Assembly (NCBI GenBank): GCA_947459075.1
Contig: CANHBJ010000001.1
Span: forward strand, 1-61,054
From: Bacteroidota bacterium
GTDB taxonomy: Bacteria; Bacteroidota; Bacteroidia; UKL13-3
DNA length: 61,054 nt
Reading direction: 5' to 3'
The translations under genes and the position numbers were made by a program. The stretch's first letter is position 1. Every line of letters begins with the position of its first letter. Shown here in pieces: positions 29,628 through 38,110 of the stretch. The notes under the pieces are model-generated. The model searched no databases, had not been told where the DNA came from, and was given only the letters and a program-made list of their open reading frames with translations.

Positions 29628-30314
29628 ATGAAGAAATTTATACACTTAACCATAGCCATGATATTTTTTGTAAATGTTAATGCACAATTATCCTTTAACA
29701 ACAAAGTAGTTAGTGTAAGTGGTTGGGGTAGCGATACAGAACCAAAGAATGCACAATGTGTTTTAACAAACAATTCTGCTGCGCAAGCCGACTCTATGAT
29801 TAGCTGGTCAATTGTTACATTTGAAATACCAACTGGCTGGCAGTTTGATTTCTGTGACCCATACGATTGCATTGTAAATCTTGGTGCAAATTCTTCAAGT
29901 ACCTTTAAACTTAAAAAAGGTGTTTCTGGACCATTAAAAGGCCAATTTTTCACTAAAGGAATTCCTGGTTACGCAACTGTTAAAATTCGTTTAGCTTATG
30001 CTAACGGTGCACATAATGCAGACACCATAACACTATTGGCACAAGGTTGGGCTACAGGATTAAATACTGTTAAAAAACAAAGTGTAGTTAGTTTCTTCCC
30101 TAATCCAGCAAAGGATGCAATAACACTAAAGTATGAAACAACTAATGCAATAGATGTTACTGTTTACAATGTATTAGGCGCAAAAGTAAAATCATTTACA
30201 CACAGCAGCAATGAGACAACTCTAAACATTAGTGATTTGGAAAAAGGACTTTACTTTATTAGATTTTCTGACAATGGAAACGTGATTTCAAAATCATTTA
30301 CTAAAGTTGAATAA
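29628..30314 (+). CDS. Small secreted protein with a T9SS C-terminal sorting domain.
   Basis: Signal peptide MKKFIHLTIAMIFFVNVNAQ. C-terminal domain VVSFFPNPAKDAITL...GLYFIRFSDNG...SFTKVE. Confidence 0.75.
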   Translation: MKKFIHLTIAMIFFVNVNAQLSFNNKVVSVSGWGSDTEPKNAQCVLTNNSAAQADSMISWSIVTFEIPTGWQFDFCDPYDCIVNLGANSSSTFKLKKGVSGPLKGQFFTKGIPGYATVKIRLAYANGAHNADTITLLAQGWATGLNTVKKQSVVSFFPNPAKDAITLKYETTNAIDVTVYNVLGAKVKSFTHSSNETTLNISDLEKGLYFIRFSDNGNVISKSFTKVE

Positions 30315-30334
30315 TTCACTTATTAAAAAAATTA

Positions 30335-30358
30335 AAGCCGCCTTGAGCGGCTTTTTTT
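30335..30358 (+). terminator. Rho-independent terminator.
   Basis: Stem aagccgc pairs with gcggctt across the loop cttga, followed by a T-run. Confidence 0.8.
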
Positions 30359-30382
30359 ATGCCCTTTTATTAGGCAGCAAGC

Positions 30383-30410
30383 AAAAAAAAGCCCTTCAAG
30401 TAGGAAGGGC
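30383..30410 (-). terminator. Rho-independent terminator closing the tRNA-Cys repeat array.
   Basis: Hairpin gcccttc-aagtag-gaagggc (30391-30410). The A8 run at 30383-30390 reads as T8 on the minus strand. Confidence 0.75.
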
Positions 30411-30412
30411 TT

Positions 30413-30618
30413 TGGAGGTATTGAGCGGATTTCAAGACGCTACGGTCTCGACTTTCGCTGCTTTTGCTGAGCTTATATGAAATGAAAAAAGCTGCTCTAA
30501 TGAGCAGCTTTTAAGTGGAGGTATTGAGCGGATTTCAAGACGCTTCGGTCTCGACTTTCGCTGCTTTTACTGAGCTTACATGAAATGAAAAAAGCTGCTC
30601 TAATGAGCAGCTTTTAAG
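30413..30618 (-). repeat. Two tandem 103-bp units, each containing a degenerate 3' part of tRNA-Cys plus its own terminator hairpin.
   Basis: The units are 30413-30515 and 30516-30618 and differ at 3 positions. Each begins (plus strand) with tggaggtattgagcggatt, identical to the first 19 nt of the tRNA gene at 30619. Terminator hairpins aaaagctgctc-taat-gagcagctttt are at about 30485-30512 and 30588-30615. Confidence 0.9.
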
Positions 30619-30692
30619 TGGAGGTATTGAGCGGATTCGAACCGCTGTAGCAGCTTTTGCAGAGCTGAGCCTAGCCTCTCGGCCACAATACC
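30619..30692 (-). tRNA. tRNA-Cys (anticodon GCA), with CCA encoded.
   Basis: The minus strand reads GGTATTGTGGCCGAGAGGCTAGGCTCAGCTCTGCAAAAGCTGCTACAGCGGTTCGAATCCGCTCAATACCTCCA. Acceptor stem GGTATTG/CAATACC, anticodon stem CAGCT/AGCTG with loop CTGCAAA, T-arm GCGGTTCGAATCCGC, and discriminator U as expected for Cys. Confidence 0.9.
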
Positions 30693-30704
30693 ATTTACTG
30701 GAGG

Positions 30705-30712
30705 CAAATATA
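30705..30712 (-). promoter_or_regulatory. TAnnTTTG -7 box upstream of tRNA-Cys.
   Basis: The minus strand reads TATATTTG, 12 nt upstream of the mature 5' end of the tRNA. Confidence 0.45.
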
Positions 30713-30825
30713 CACAATATTATAACTACACAAATTATTAGCTCAAACAATTTATCTAATTTAAGTTTAAATTATGACTATAAAGGAATTACTTTGCATA
30801 CATTAATTTAAATTCTTATAAAGAA

Positions 30826-31326
30826 ATGAAAAAAGTACTTTATGTAACATTAGCCACACTTGTATTTTCGTGCGGCCAAAGCAACAACCAAACTAGTTCT
30901 CAAACAGATAGCACATCGACAGAACAAGCTGCGGCTAAATCAGAAAACTTTGGTGATCCAATAACCGCTGATAGCGCAATTACAATAGAAGAAATGAAAA
31001 TAGCAATGGGCGACAAAAAGGAACTTGCTGTAAAAGTTACTGCTCCTGTTGAAGCTGTTTGCCAGAAAAAAGGATGTTGGATGGAATTGAAAGCTGCTGA
31101 TGGAACAAGCTTACGCGTTACGTTTAAAGACTATGGCTTTTTTGTACCAAAAGATTGTAATGGTAAAACAGCAATTGTATTGGGCTTAGCTAAGGTTGAA
31201 GAAACATCTATTGCAGATCTTAAAGAATATGCAAAAGATGATGGAAAAGGCGAGTCGGAAATTGCTGCTATTACAGCACCTAAAAAAGAGTTAGTATTTG
31301 AAGCAAGTGGAGTTATTTTAAAATAA
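30826..31326 (+). CDS. DUF4920-like lipoprotein.
   Basis: Lipobox LVFSC and the conserved-looking segment CQKKGCWMELK. Confidence 0.6.
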   Translation: MKKVLYVTLATLVFSCGQSNNQTSSQTDSTSTEQAAAKSENFGDPITADSAITIEEMKIAMGDKKELAVKVTAPVEAVCQKKGCWMELKAADGTSLRVTFKDYGFFVPKDCNGKTAIVLGLAKVEETSIADLKEYAKDDGKGESEIAAITAPKKELVFEASGVILK

Positions 31327-31335
31327 CCTTAGGGT

Positions 31336-31845
31336 ATGACTTACAAAATTGGAATAAGTGTTGTATTGGGAATTTACCTAGGTTTAGTTGCATGTAATCA
31401 AAATACAAATCAGAACTCAAAACCCGGAGTTGATAGTATAAAAATAGAAGCAGAAGCTGGAAAATATAGAAATATAGATACTGCTGAAGATTGCGCTAAA
31501 CCAACTAAATATCCTAATCAAGATAAGCCAATGGCTTTAATGATGAGACAGATGGCGGATAATGCTCAAAAAATGAAAGATAAAGTGGAGTCAGGCGAAA
31601 AAATTGATGCTAATGAGTTTCCATTGATACGCTTTCATTTGGTAGAACCAACAGATCCTAATATATTACAACCGCAGTTTTATGAAAATGCTCGTTTATT
31701 CCAACAAGCTCACAAAGCACTGATGAGTGCACCTGCAAACAAGCAAAAAGAAATGTACACTGCATACATCAATCAGTGTATTAACTGTCACCAAACTTAT
31801 TGCAGTGGCCCCCTAAAGAGAATTAGAAAATTAGTATTAAACTAA
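31336..31845 (+). CDS. Lipoprotein with a single CXXCH haem-c binding motif (putative small c-type cytochrome).
   Basis: Lipobox GLVAC and a C-terminal CINCH motif. It starts 10 nt after the upstream gene. Confidence 0.5.
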   Translation: MTYKIGISVVLGIYLGLVACNQNTNQNSKPGVDSIKIEAEAGKYRNIDTAEDCAKPTKYPNQDKPMALMMRQMADNAQKMKDKVESGEKIDANEFPLIRFHLVEPTDPNILQPQFYENARLFQQAHKALMSAPANKQKEMYTAYINQCINCHQTYCSGPLKRIRKLVLN

Positions 31846-31865
31846 TTACCAATACATGATTTAAC

Positions 31866-31905
31866 AAAAATCCCCGCTAACAGAATTGCTAGCGGGGATT
31901 TTTTT
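31866..31905. terminator. Bidirectional rho-independent terminator.
   Basis: Stem tccccgcta (31871-) pairs with tagcgggga (-31898), flanked by A5 and T7 runs, between convergent genes. Confidence 0.85.
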
Positions 31906-31922
31906 ATTTATTGTAATTACTT

Positions 31923-32900
31923 TTACCTGTACAATACAGATTTAACAGCTTTTACCACCTTATCTACACTAGGTAAAAACGCCTGAACAAATGTTGGGGC
32001 ATATCCTAATGGGGTGTCTTCTGTTGTTACACGTCTAATTGGCGCATCTAGGTAATCGAAAGCATTTTTTTGTACCATATAGGTAATTTCACTGCTTATG
32101 CTTGCCAATGGCCAAGCTTCTTCTACTATTACCAAACGATTGGTTTTCTTCACCGATTCAATAATGGTATCATAATCTATAGGACGAACAGTGCGTAAAT
32201 CTATCACTTCCACACTAATTCCGTCTTTGGCTAATTCTTCGGCTGCTTGATAAACAACTTTGATAATTTTACCAAAACTTACAATTGTTACATCTGTTCC
32301 TTCGTTTTTAATTACCGCTTTACCAATTGGCAAATAATATTCTTCTTCAGGCACCTCACCTTTGTCACCATACATCTGTTCGCTTTCCATAAAAATAACA
32401 GGATCATTATCTAATATGGCAGATTTTAATAAACCTTTTGCATCATATGGATTTGAAGGAACCACAACTTTTAAACCCGGACAGTTAGCGTACCAATTTT
32501 CGAAAGCTTGTGAGTGTTGCGCACCCAATTGACCAGCAGATCCAGTTGGACCACGAAATACCATTGGAATATTAAATTGTCCACCACTCATTTGGTAAAT
32601 TTTAGCAGCTGCATTAATCACTTGATCTATTGCTACCAAACTAAAATTAAAGGTCATGAACTCAACAATAGGACGTAGGCCATTCATTGCAGCACCAACA
32701 CCAATACCCGCAAAACCTAATTCTGCGATTGGAGTATCTATAATTCTTTTGGCTCCAAATTCATCAAGCATACCTTGACTTACTTTATAGGCACCGTTGT
32801 ACTCTGCTACTTCTTCACCCAATAAAAAAATATTAGGGTCTTTGCGCATTTCTTCGCTCAAAGCTTCGCGCAAAGCTTCTCTAAATTGAATTGATCTCAT
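31923..32900 (-). CDS. 2-oxo-acid (pyruvate/branched-chain) dehydrogenase E1 component, beta subunit.
   Basis: 325 aa with a transketolase-like Pyr domain plus C-terminal domain (LLGEEVAEYNGAYKVSQG..., PIVFRGP-like MVFRGPTG). Confidence 0.85.
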   Translation of the reverse strand: MRSIQFREALREALSEEMRKDPNIFLLGEEVAEYNGAYKVSQGMLDEFGAKRIIDTPIAELGFAGIGVGAAMNGLRPIVEFMTFNFSLVAIDQVINAAAKIYQMSGGQFNIPMVFRGPTGSAGQLGAQHSQAFENWYANCPGLKVVVPSNPYDAKGLLKSAILDNDPVIFMESEQMYGDKGEVPEEEYYLPIGKAVIKNEGTDVTIVSFGKIIKVVYQAAEELAKDGISVEVIDLRTVRPIDYDTIIESVKKTNRLVIVEEAWPLASISSEITYMVQKNAFDYLDAPIRRVTTEDTPLGYAPTFVQAFLPSVDKVVKAVKSVLYR

Positions 32901-33054
32901 TGCGTTTTATTTACTGCAAAAATATAAGGTTTATTAAGCTTTCAAAACGTTTAAATTTTATAATAGCTGTTTATTTAGTTTGTTTTGATTGAGTATATAA
33001 ACAACTGATTACTTGGCCAAAAGCAATTAACATGAATTGGTAAATCTTAACTAA

Positions 33055-33726
33055 TTAACAATTAAAAGATAGTTTTACTTCAAGTAGATTGGAATTTAGT
33101 GACATGAAGATTGGAATTTCCATATGTGCACAAAGCGTTCTTATTGTCCATAACCCAGGCTGATTTTGCATAGAATAAACATCTGGAACACTTTTGCTAT
33201 TCACAAAATTTAAAATTTCCTTTGATAGGATTTCTGAGCAAACATTTTGCATGATAAGTTGCAGTGCAACCTCATTTTTTTTTGAAAGGCTAATGATTAC
33301 GTTTTCTTCAGTGGGTGAATATTCGATTATATTTAGTAATAAATTTTTAATTACACTTTGAAGCATAACTTTATCTGCGTTAACCATATTGGCATTATTA
33401 AGCGCAAGTATTAAGTCGAACTTATGATGTTGCAATTCGTTATTAAAATAACTTAACTCGTCATTAATTAATTCTGCAAGATCAACCTTTTGCATAATTG
33501 GAGTTATATTTTCTGAATAAACCTTAAGCCACCATGATAGGTTTTCGCTTCGCAAAAGTGCCTTTTTAGAAAGTTGATTAACAATTTGAATATAATTCCT
33601 TTTGTCACCATCTTCAAGTTTTTCGAATTGATTAACTAATAGGTCGGAAAAACCGATGATTCCGTTAAAAGGACTACGTAAATGGTGTGTTAATACTGAT
33701 AGCAAGTGGTTTTCTATAGCAGCCAT
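33055..33726 (-). CDS. Small soluble histidine kinase-like protein (DHp plus a degenerate catalytic domain, no sensor or TM region).
   Basis: The H-box LTHHLRSPFNGIIGFSDLL is at the extreme N-terminus and the N-box is NLLLNIIEYS. The G1 (DxGxG) and G2 (GxGLGL) positions read QNVCSE and QPGLWT. Confidence 0.6.
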   Translation of the reverse strand: MAAIENHLLSVLTHHLRSPFNGIIGFSDLLVNQFEKLEDGDKRNYIQIVNQLSKKALLRSENLSWWLKVYSENITPIMQKVDLAELINDELSYFNNELQHHKFDLILALNNANMVNADKVMLQSVIKNLLLNIIEYSPTEENVIISLSKKNEVALQLIMQNVCSEILSKEILNFVNSKSVPDVYSMQNQPGLWTIRTLCAHMEIPIFMSLNSNLLEVKLSFNC

Positions 33727-33735
33727 CGGATTAAA

Positions 33736-34503
33736 CTAAAGCGTAGACGTTAGCTTGAATTTATTTTTAATTATTGAAAAATAGTTACGACTAACCTCTA
33801 TTGGTTGTTCTACACCTCTCAAATATAAAACGCCTGTATCATAATTACCACGCTCTATTTTTAACACATTATGCAGGTTAACAATTGTCGACCTGTGCAC
33901 GCGGAAAAAGTCATCTTGAGGTAATTTATCTTCCCAAAGTTTAATTAAACCATAAGTGGTGAAGGATATACCATCATTTAGTGCCACAAAAGTATAATTA
34001 CCTTTGGCTTCAATAAAATTTATGTCCTTAATTTTAATAAATTTTAACTCATCATCAATATTCATTAAAACCATATTATCATAACCAAATTTAGATGTAT
34101 GCTTTGTCGGTTTTGCTTTGTTATCGTTTTCGTCAAAATTTTCGAATGTAGCTATGCGGGAAGTTGCTTTTTTTAGTCTATCTCGGCTAATTGGCTTAAC
34201 AATGTAGTCTATAGTATTGTATTCAAATGCATTCACTGCAAAATCTGGATACGCTGTAATAAATATAATTCTCGTTTTGTGATGAATCAATTTCATCAGA
34301 TCTAATGCGTTGGTACCATTTAAATCAATATCCATAAACACAAGATCTACCTGTGGATTATTCTTAATTAAAAATTCTGCATCTTTAATATTGGTTGCTT
34401 CACCTAAAAGCTTGATGTAGGTAAAATCTTTTAAATACTCTTTTAAAAGTGCTACCGATGAGGAATCGTCTTCAATGATTATTGCATCAACAGTTTTTAC
34501 CAT
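33736..34503 (-). CDS. LytTR-family response regulator (REC plus LytTR DNA-binding domain).
   Basis: REC domain with IIEDD...VFMDIDL...KP, and a C-terminal LytTR domain (...FFRVHRSTIVNL...). Confidence 0.85.
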   Translation of the reverse strand: MVKTVDAIIIEDDSSSVALLKEYLKDFTYIKLLGEATNIKDAEFLIKNNPQVDLVFMDIDLNGTNALDLMKLIHHKTRIIFITAYPDFAVNAFEYNTIDYIVKPISRDRLKKATSRIATFENFDENDNKAKPTKHTSKFGYDNMVLMNIDDELKFIKIKDINFIEAKGNYTFVALNDGISFTTYGLIKLWEDKLPQDDFFRVHRSTIVNLHNVLKIERGNYDTGVLYLRGVEQPIEVSRNYFSIIKNKFKLTSTL

Positions 34504-34621
34504 AAACTATAACATTTAATTATTCGTGAAGAAAGTGATATTTGTTGTACTAACAAAACATAAAAACCAAAACATTAAAATAAACATGCATTTTTTACAA
34601 ATAAATAACACTTTATTCCCT

Positions 34622-34629
34622 TAAGTTTG
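34622..34629 (+). promoter_or_regulatory. TAnnTTTG -7 box upstream of the methyltransferase gene.
   Basis: TAAGTTTG lies 20 nt upstream of the ATG at 34649. Confidence 0.45.
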
Positions 34630-34648
34630 CGTTTTATATCCTTAATAA

Positions 34649-35527
34649 ATGAACCTATTTACTGCCGAAAATTGGAAAGATTACGAGTTACTTGATTGTG
34701 GCGACTTAGAGAAATTAGAGCGCTTTGGAAATATTGTTTTGCGTAGACCCGAGCCTCAGGCACTTTGGCAAAAAGAATACAGTGAACAGGAATGGAATAA
34801 ACTTGCCGATGTTAAATTTATACAAAAGGGAAGTCATGCAGGAGAATGGAAAAAAAACAAACCGGTTTCTGATAAATGGCAGCTTGGATATAAGCATGGA
34901 GATTTGTCTATCAAATTTAACTTGTCATTAACTTCGTTTAAGCATGTTGGTATTTTCCCTGAGCAAGCATTAAACTGGGACTTTATATTTAACACAATTA
35001 AAAAACTTGAAGTTGAGCAACCACGTGTGCTCAACTTATTTGCATACACAGGTGGTGCATCACTAGCAGCAAAAGCAGCAGGAGCTGATGTAACTCATGT
35101 TGATAGTATAAAACAAGTTATCAATTGGAGCAGAGAGAATATGGAATCTTCTAACCTTAAAGATATACGCTGGGTGGTTGAAGATGCATTAAAATTTGTA
35201 AAACGTGAGGTAAAACGCGGAAAAAAATACCATGGCATTGTTTTAGACCCACCTGCTTATGGTATAGGCGCAAATGGCGAACGCTGGAAGCTAGAAGATT
35301 CCATTAATGAAATTTTAGCTGATATATCAAACCTACTAGAAGAAAAACACTTTTTAGTACTAAATGTATACTCATTAGGATTAAGTCCATTGATATTAGA
35401 AAACTTGATAAAAACCAACTTCCAACATGTAGAAAATTTAGACCTAGGAGAGGTTTATTTAAATGCAAAAAGTGGAATTAAGTTACCTCTTGGTATTTTA
35501 GCTCGATTTAATAATATTAACCTTTAA
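34649..35527 (+). CDS. Class I SAM-dependent methyltransferase (RlmI/RlmK-like catalytic domain).
   Basis: VLNLFAYTGGASLAAKAAGA (motif I) and IVLDPPAYG (motif IV). Confidence 0.7.
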   Translation: MNLFTAENWKDYELLDCGDLEKLERFGNIVLRRPEPQALWQKEYSEQEWNKLADVKFIQKGSHAGEWKKNKPVSDKWQLGYKHGDLSIKFNLSLTSFKHVGIFPEQALNWDFIFNTIKKLEVEQPRVLNLFAYTGGASLAAKAAGADVTHVDSIKQVINWSRENMESSNLKDIRWVVEDALKFVKREVKRGKKYHGIVLDPPAYGIGANGERWKLEDSINEILADISNLLEEKHFLVLNVYSLGLSPLILENLIKTNFQHVENLDLGEVYLNAKSGIKLPLGILARFNNINL

Positions 35528-35555
35528 AAAATCTGATGATTACAAGGGTTACTTT

Positions 35556-36293
35556 TTAAATTTTATACTTTTTTTTAATTTGAAAAAAGAAGTTTCTGCT
35601 TATCTCAAAAGGTTTGATAATCCCATTTAGATATATTCTTCCCGTGTCGTTTACACACTTTTCTATTTTAGCAATATTGCTTATGTTTACAATGGTTGAA
35701 CGGTGAATTTGAATAAATAGCTCTTCTGGCAAGGTGGTTTGCCAATTTTTTATAGAGTTGTAGGTTATACTTAGTTTACCATCATTTAAATTAACTTTTG
35801 TATAATTTCCGTATGCCTCAATGTAATTAATATCTTTAACACGCACAAAACTCATTTTATCATCAAAACTTAACAAAATAATGTGCTCGGCTGATAACTT
35901 ACTGATTACATCTTCTTCAATAGAAAAATGTTTCCACTTATTGACTACTTTGTCTATTGCTTTTTTCATGCGTTCTAAACTAAAAGGCTTAAGCAGGTAA
36001 TCAACTGCATTTAACTCAAAAGCATTTATTGCAAAATCGATATTTGAAGCAATGAAAATAACCATTGGCTGATAGCCAACACTTTTAATTAAATTTAGTT
36101 CTGATAGTCCATTTAAATTAATATCCAAAAACAAAAGGTCAGGTCTTTGTTTATCAATAATACTTGTAGCCTCCTCAATATCTGTAGCTTCTCCAACTAA
36201 TTGAATTTGATCAAACTTGCTCAATAACTTTTTAAGCTGGATGCGCATATTGTCAATATCATCAACAATTACTGCTTTGATTTTATCTTTCAT
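35556..36293 (-). CDS. LytTR-family response regulator, a paralogue of the gene at 33736-34503.
   Basis: REC domain (VIVDDID...LFLDINL...KP) plus LytTR domain (...FIQIHRSTIVNI...). Confidence 0.85.
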   Translation of the reverse strand: MKDKIKAVIVDDIDNMRIQLKKLLSKFDQIQLVGEATDIEEATSIIDKQRPDLLFLDINLNGLSELNLIKSVGYQPMVIFIASNIDFAINAFELNAVDYLLKPFSLERMKKAIDKVVNKWKHFSIEEDVISKLSAEHIILLSFDDKMSFVRVKDINYIEAYGNYTKVNLNDGKLSITYNSIKNWQTTLPEELFIQIHRSTIVNISNIAKIEKCVNDTGRIYLNGIIKPFEISRNFFFQIKKKYKI

Positions 36294-36465
36294 TTAAAAT
36301 GTTTATTGGTTAAGTGGGGAGATAAACATCTAATAACAATTTGAAGTAATTTCTAATTGTTTATACATTAAGTAATTACAATATGCAATATATCATTATT
36401 TACAAATAAAAACCACCCTATTTTAACATGTGATTTTTAAAAAATAAGATTGGTTAAGCATTTAA

Positions 36466-38007
36466 TTAATGTTCGGCCTCATTGCTACCTTCATTCCTTT
36501 CAGGTCGTAATTGAGGGAAAAACAACACGTCTTGAATAGATAGATTGTTAGTCATAATCATTACCAATCTGTCAATACCAATTCCTATACCTGCAGTTGG
36601 TGGCATACCATATTCCAATGCACGTAAAAAATCGTGATCAATAAACATAGCCTCATCATCGCCTCTTTCCATTAAAGCAACTTGCTCTTCAAAGCGCTCA
36701 CGTTGATCAATGGGATCATTTAACTCTGAATAAGCATTAGCAAGTTCTTTACCGTTTACCATTAATTCAAAACGCTCTACTAAACCAGCTTTTGTTCTGT
36801 GCTTTTTTGTAAGCGGGCTCATCTCAACAGGGTAATCCGTAATAAATGTAGGCTGAATATAGTTACCTTCACATTTAGCACCAAAAATCTCATCAATTAA
36901 TTTACCTTTTCCAACATTAGCGTCAACCTCAATATGTAATTGCTTACATACATCTCTTAGTTTAGTTTCATCCATTTCACTTATATCAATTCCGGTAAAT
37001 TCTTTAATGGAATCGAACATGGTTACGCGTTTAAACGGTCGTTTAAAATCAATTATTTTATCACCAACTTGTACTTCTGTTTTACCATGAAGTTGAATAG
37101 CAATTTTTTCAATTAATTCCTCGGTTAAATCCATCATCCAATAGTAGTCTTTATAGGCTACATATAGTTCAAGTACCGTAAATTCAGGATTATGGGTTCT
37201 ATCCATTCCTTCGTTACGAAAATTACGAGAAAACTCATAAACACCATCAAATCCACCTACAATTAATCTTTTTAAATATAGCTCATTTGCAATGCGCAAA
37301 TACATAGGTATATCTAACGTATTGTGGTGTGTAACAAAAGGACGGGCTGCGGCACCTCCTGGTATGGCTTGAAGCACTGGTGTATCTACTTCTAAGTATC
37401 CTTTTTCGTTATAAAAATCTCTGATGGTGTTAACCAATTGAGTACGTTTAACAAAAGTATCTTTTACAGCAGGATTAATAATTAAATCGACATAACGTTG
37501 ACGATAGCGAAACTCAGGATCAGTAACGGCATCAAACACTTCACCATCTTTTTCTTTTACAATTGGAAGCGGTTTAAGTGCTTTAGCTAATAATTTAAAC
37601 TCTTGAGCATGTATGGTAGTTTCGCCTGTTTTGGTGGTAAATACATAGCCTTTAATGCCAATAATATCACCTATATCAATCAACTTTTTAAATACAACTG
37701 CATAAAGCGACTTGTCATCGCCTGGGCAAATATCATCACCCCTTAAATAAACTTGAATTTTAGTTGTATCATCTTGTATCACCAAAAAACAAGCCTTGCC
37801 CATATCTCTCACACTCATTAAACGACCAGCAATACTCACATTTTTATATTCTATCTTTTGATTTTCGTAGTTTTCTAATATTTCTTTAGCCGAAACATTA
37901 ACATCAAAAAGTTCGGCTGGATAAGGGTTAATTCCCAATTTCTCTAACTCTACCAATTTGTTTCTACGTAAGATCTCTTGTTCGCTTAAATGCTGTGTAT
38001 GACTCAT
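36466..38007 (-). CDS. lysS: Lysine--tRNA ligase, class II.
   Basis: 513 aa with FRNEGMDRTHNPEFT (motif 2) and GIGIGIDRLVM (motif 3). Confidence 0.9.
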   Translation of the reverse strand: MSHTQHLSEQEILRRNKLVELEKLGINPYPAELFDVNVSAKEILENYENQKIEYKNVSIAGRLMSVRDMGKACFLVIQDDTTKIQVYLRGDDICPGDDKSLYAVVFKKLIDIGDIIGIKGYVFTTKTGETTIHAQEFKLLAKALKPLPIVKEKDGEVFDAVTDPEFRYRQRYVDLIINPAVKDTFVKRTQLVNTIRDFYNEKGYLEVDTPVLQAIPGGAAARPFVTHHNTLDIPMYLRIANELYLKRLIVGGFDGVYEFSRNFRNEGMDRTHNPEFTVLELYVAYKDYYWMMDLTEELIEKIAIQLHGKTEVQVGDKIIDFKRPFKRVTMFDSIKEFTGIDISEMDETKLRDVCKQLHIEVDANVGKGKLIDEIFGAKCEGNYIQPTFITDYPVEMSPLTKKHRTKAGLVERFELMVNGKELANAYSELNDPIDQRERFEEQVALMERGDDEAMFIDHDFLRALEYGMPPTAGIGIGIDRLVMIMTNNLSIQDVLFFPQLRPERNEGSNEAEH

Positions 38008-38110
38008 ATAATTTGGAGCAATGTTTTATTGAAGCGCAAAAATAATAAAAGCAACGGCATTAATGCACGAGAACCTTAATAATCTTAATTTATGGTTTAT
38101 CTTTGCTTTG

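Noticed and set aside
29606-29953. A 115-aa minus-strand ORF.
   Set aside because: It is antisense to the T9SS cargo gene at 29628-30314, which has both a signal peptide and a C-terminal sorting domain.
30413-30618. The tandem repeats near tRNA-Cys, and the 15-bp repeats at 43443-43700, could be CRISPR arrays.
   Set aside because: The units are directly adjacent with no unique spacers. One set derives from a tRNA plus terminator, and the other is in-frame coding sequence for KKAAP repeats. No cas genes are present.
30535-30750. A 71-aa minus-strand ORF.
   Set aside because: It overlaps the tRNA-Cys gene and the tRNA-derived repeats, so it is spurious.
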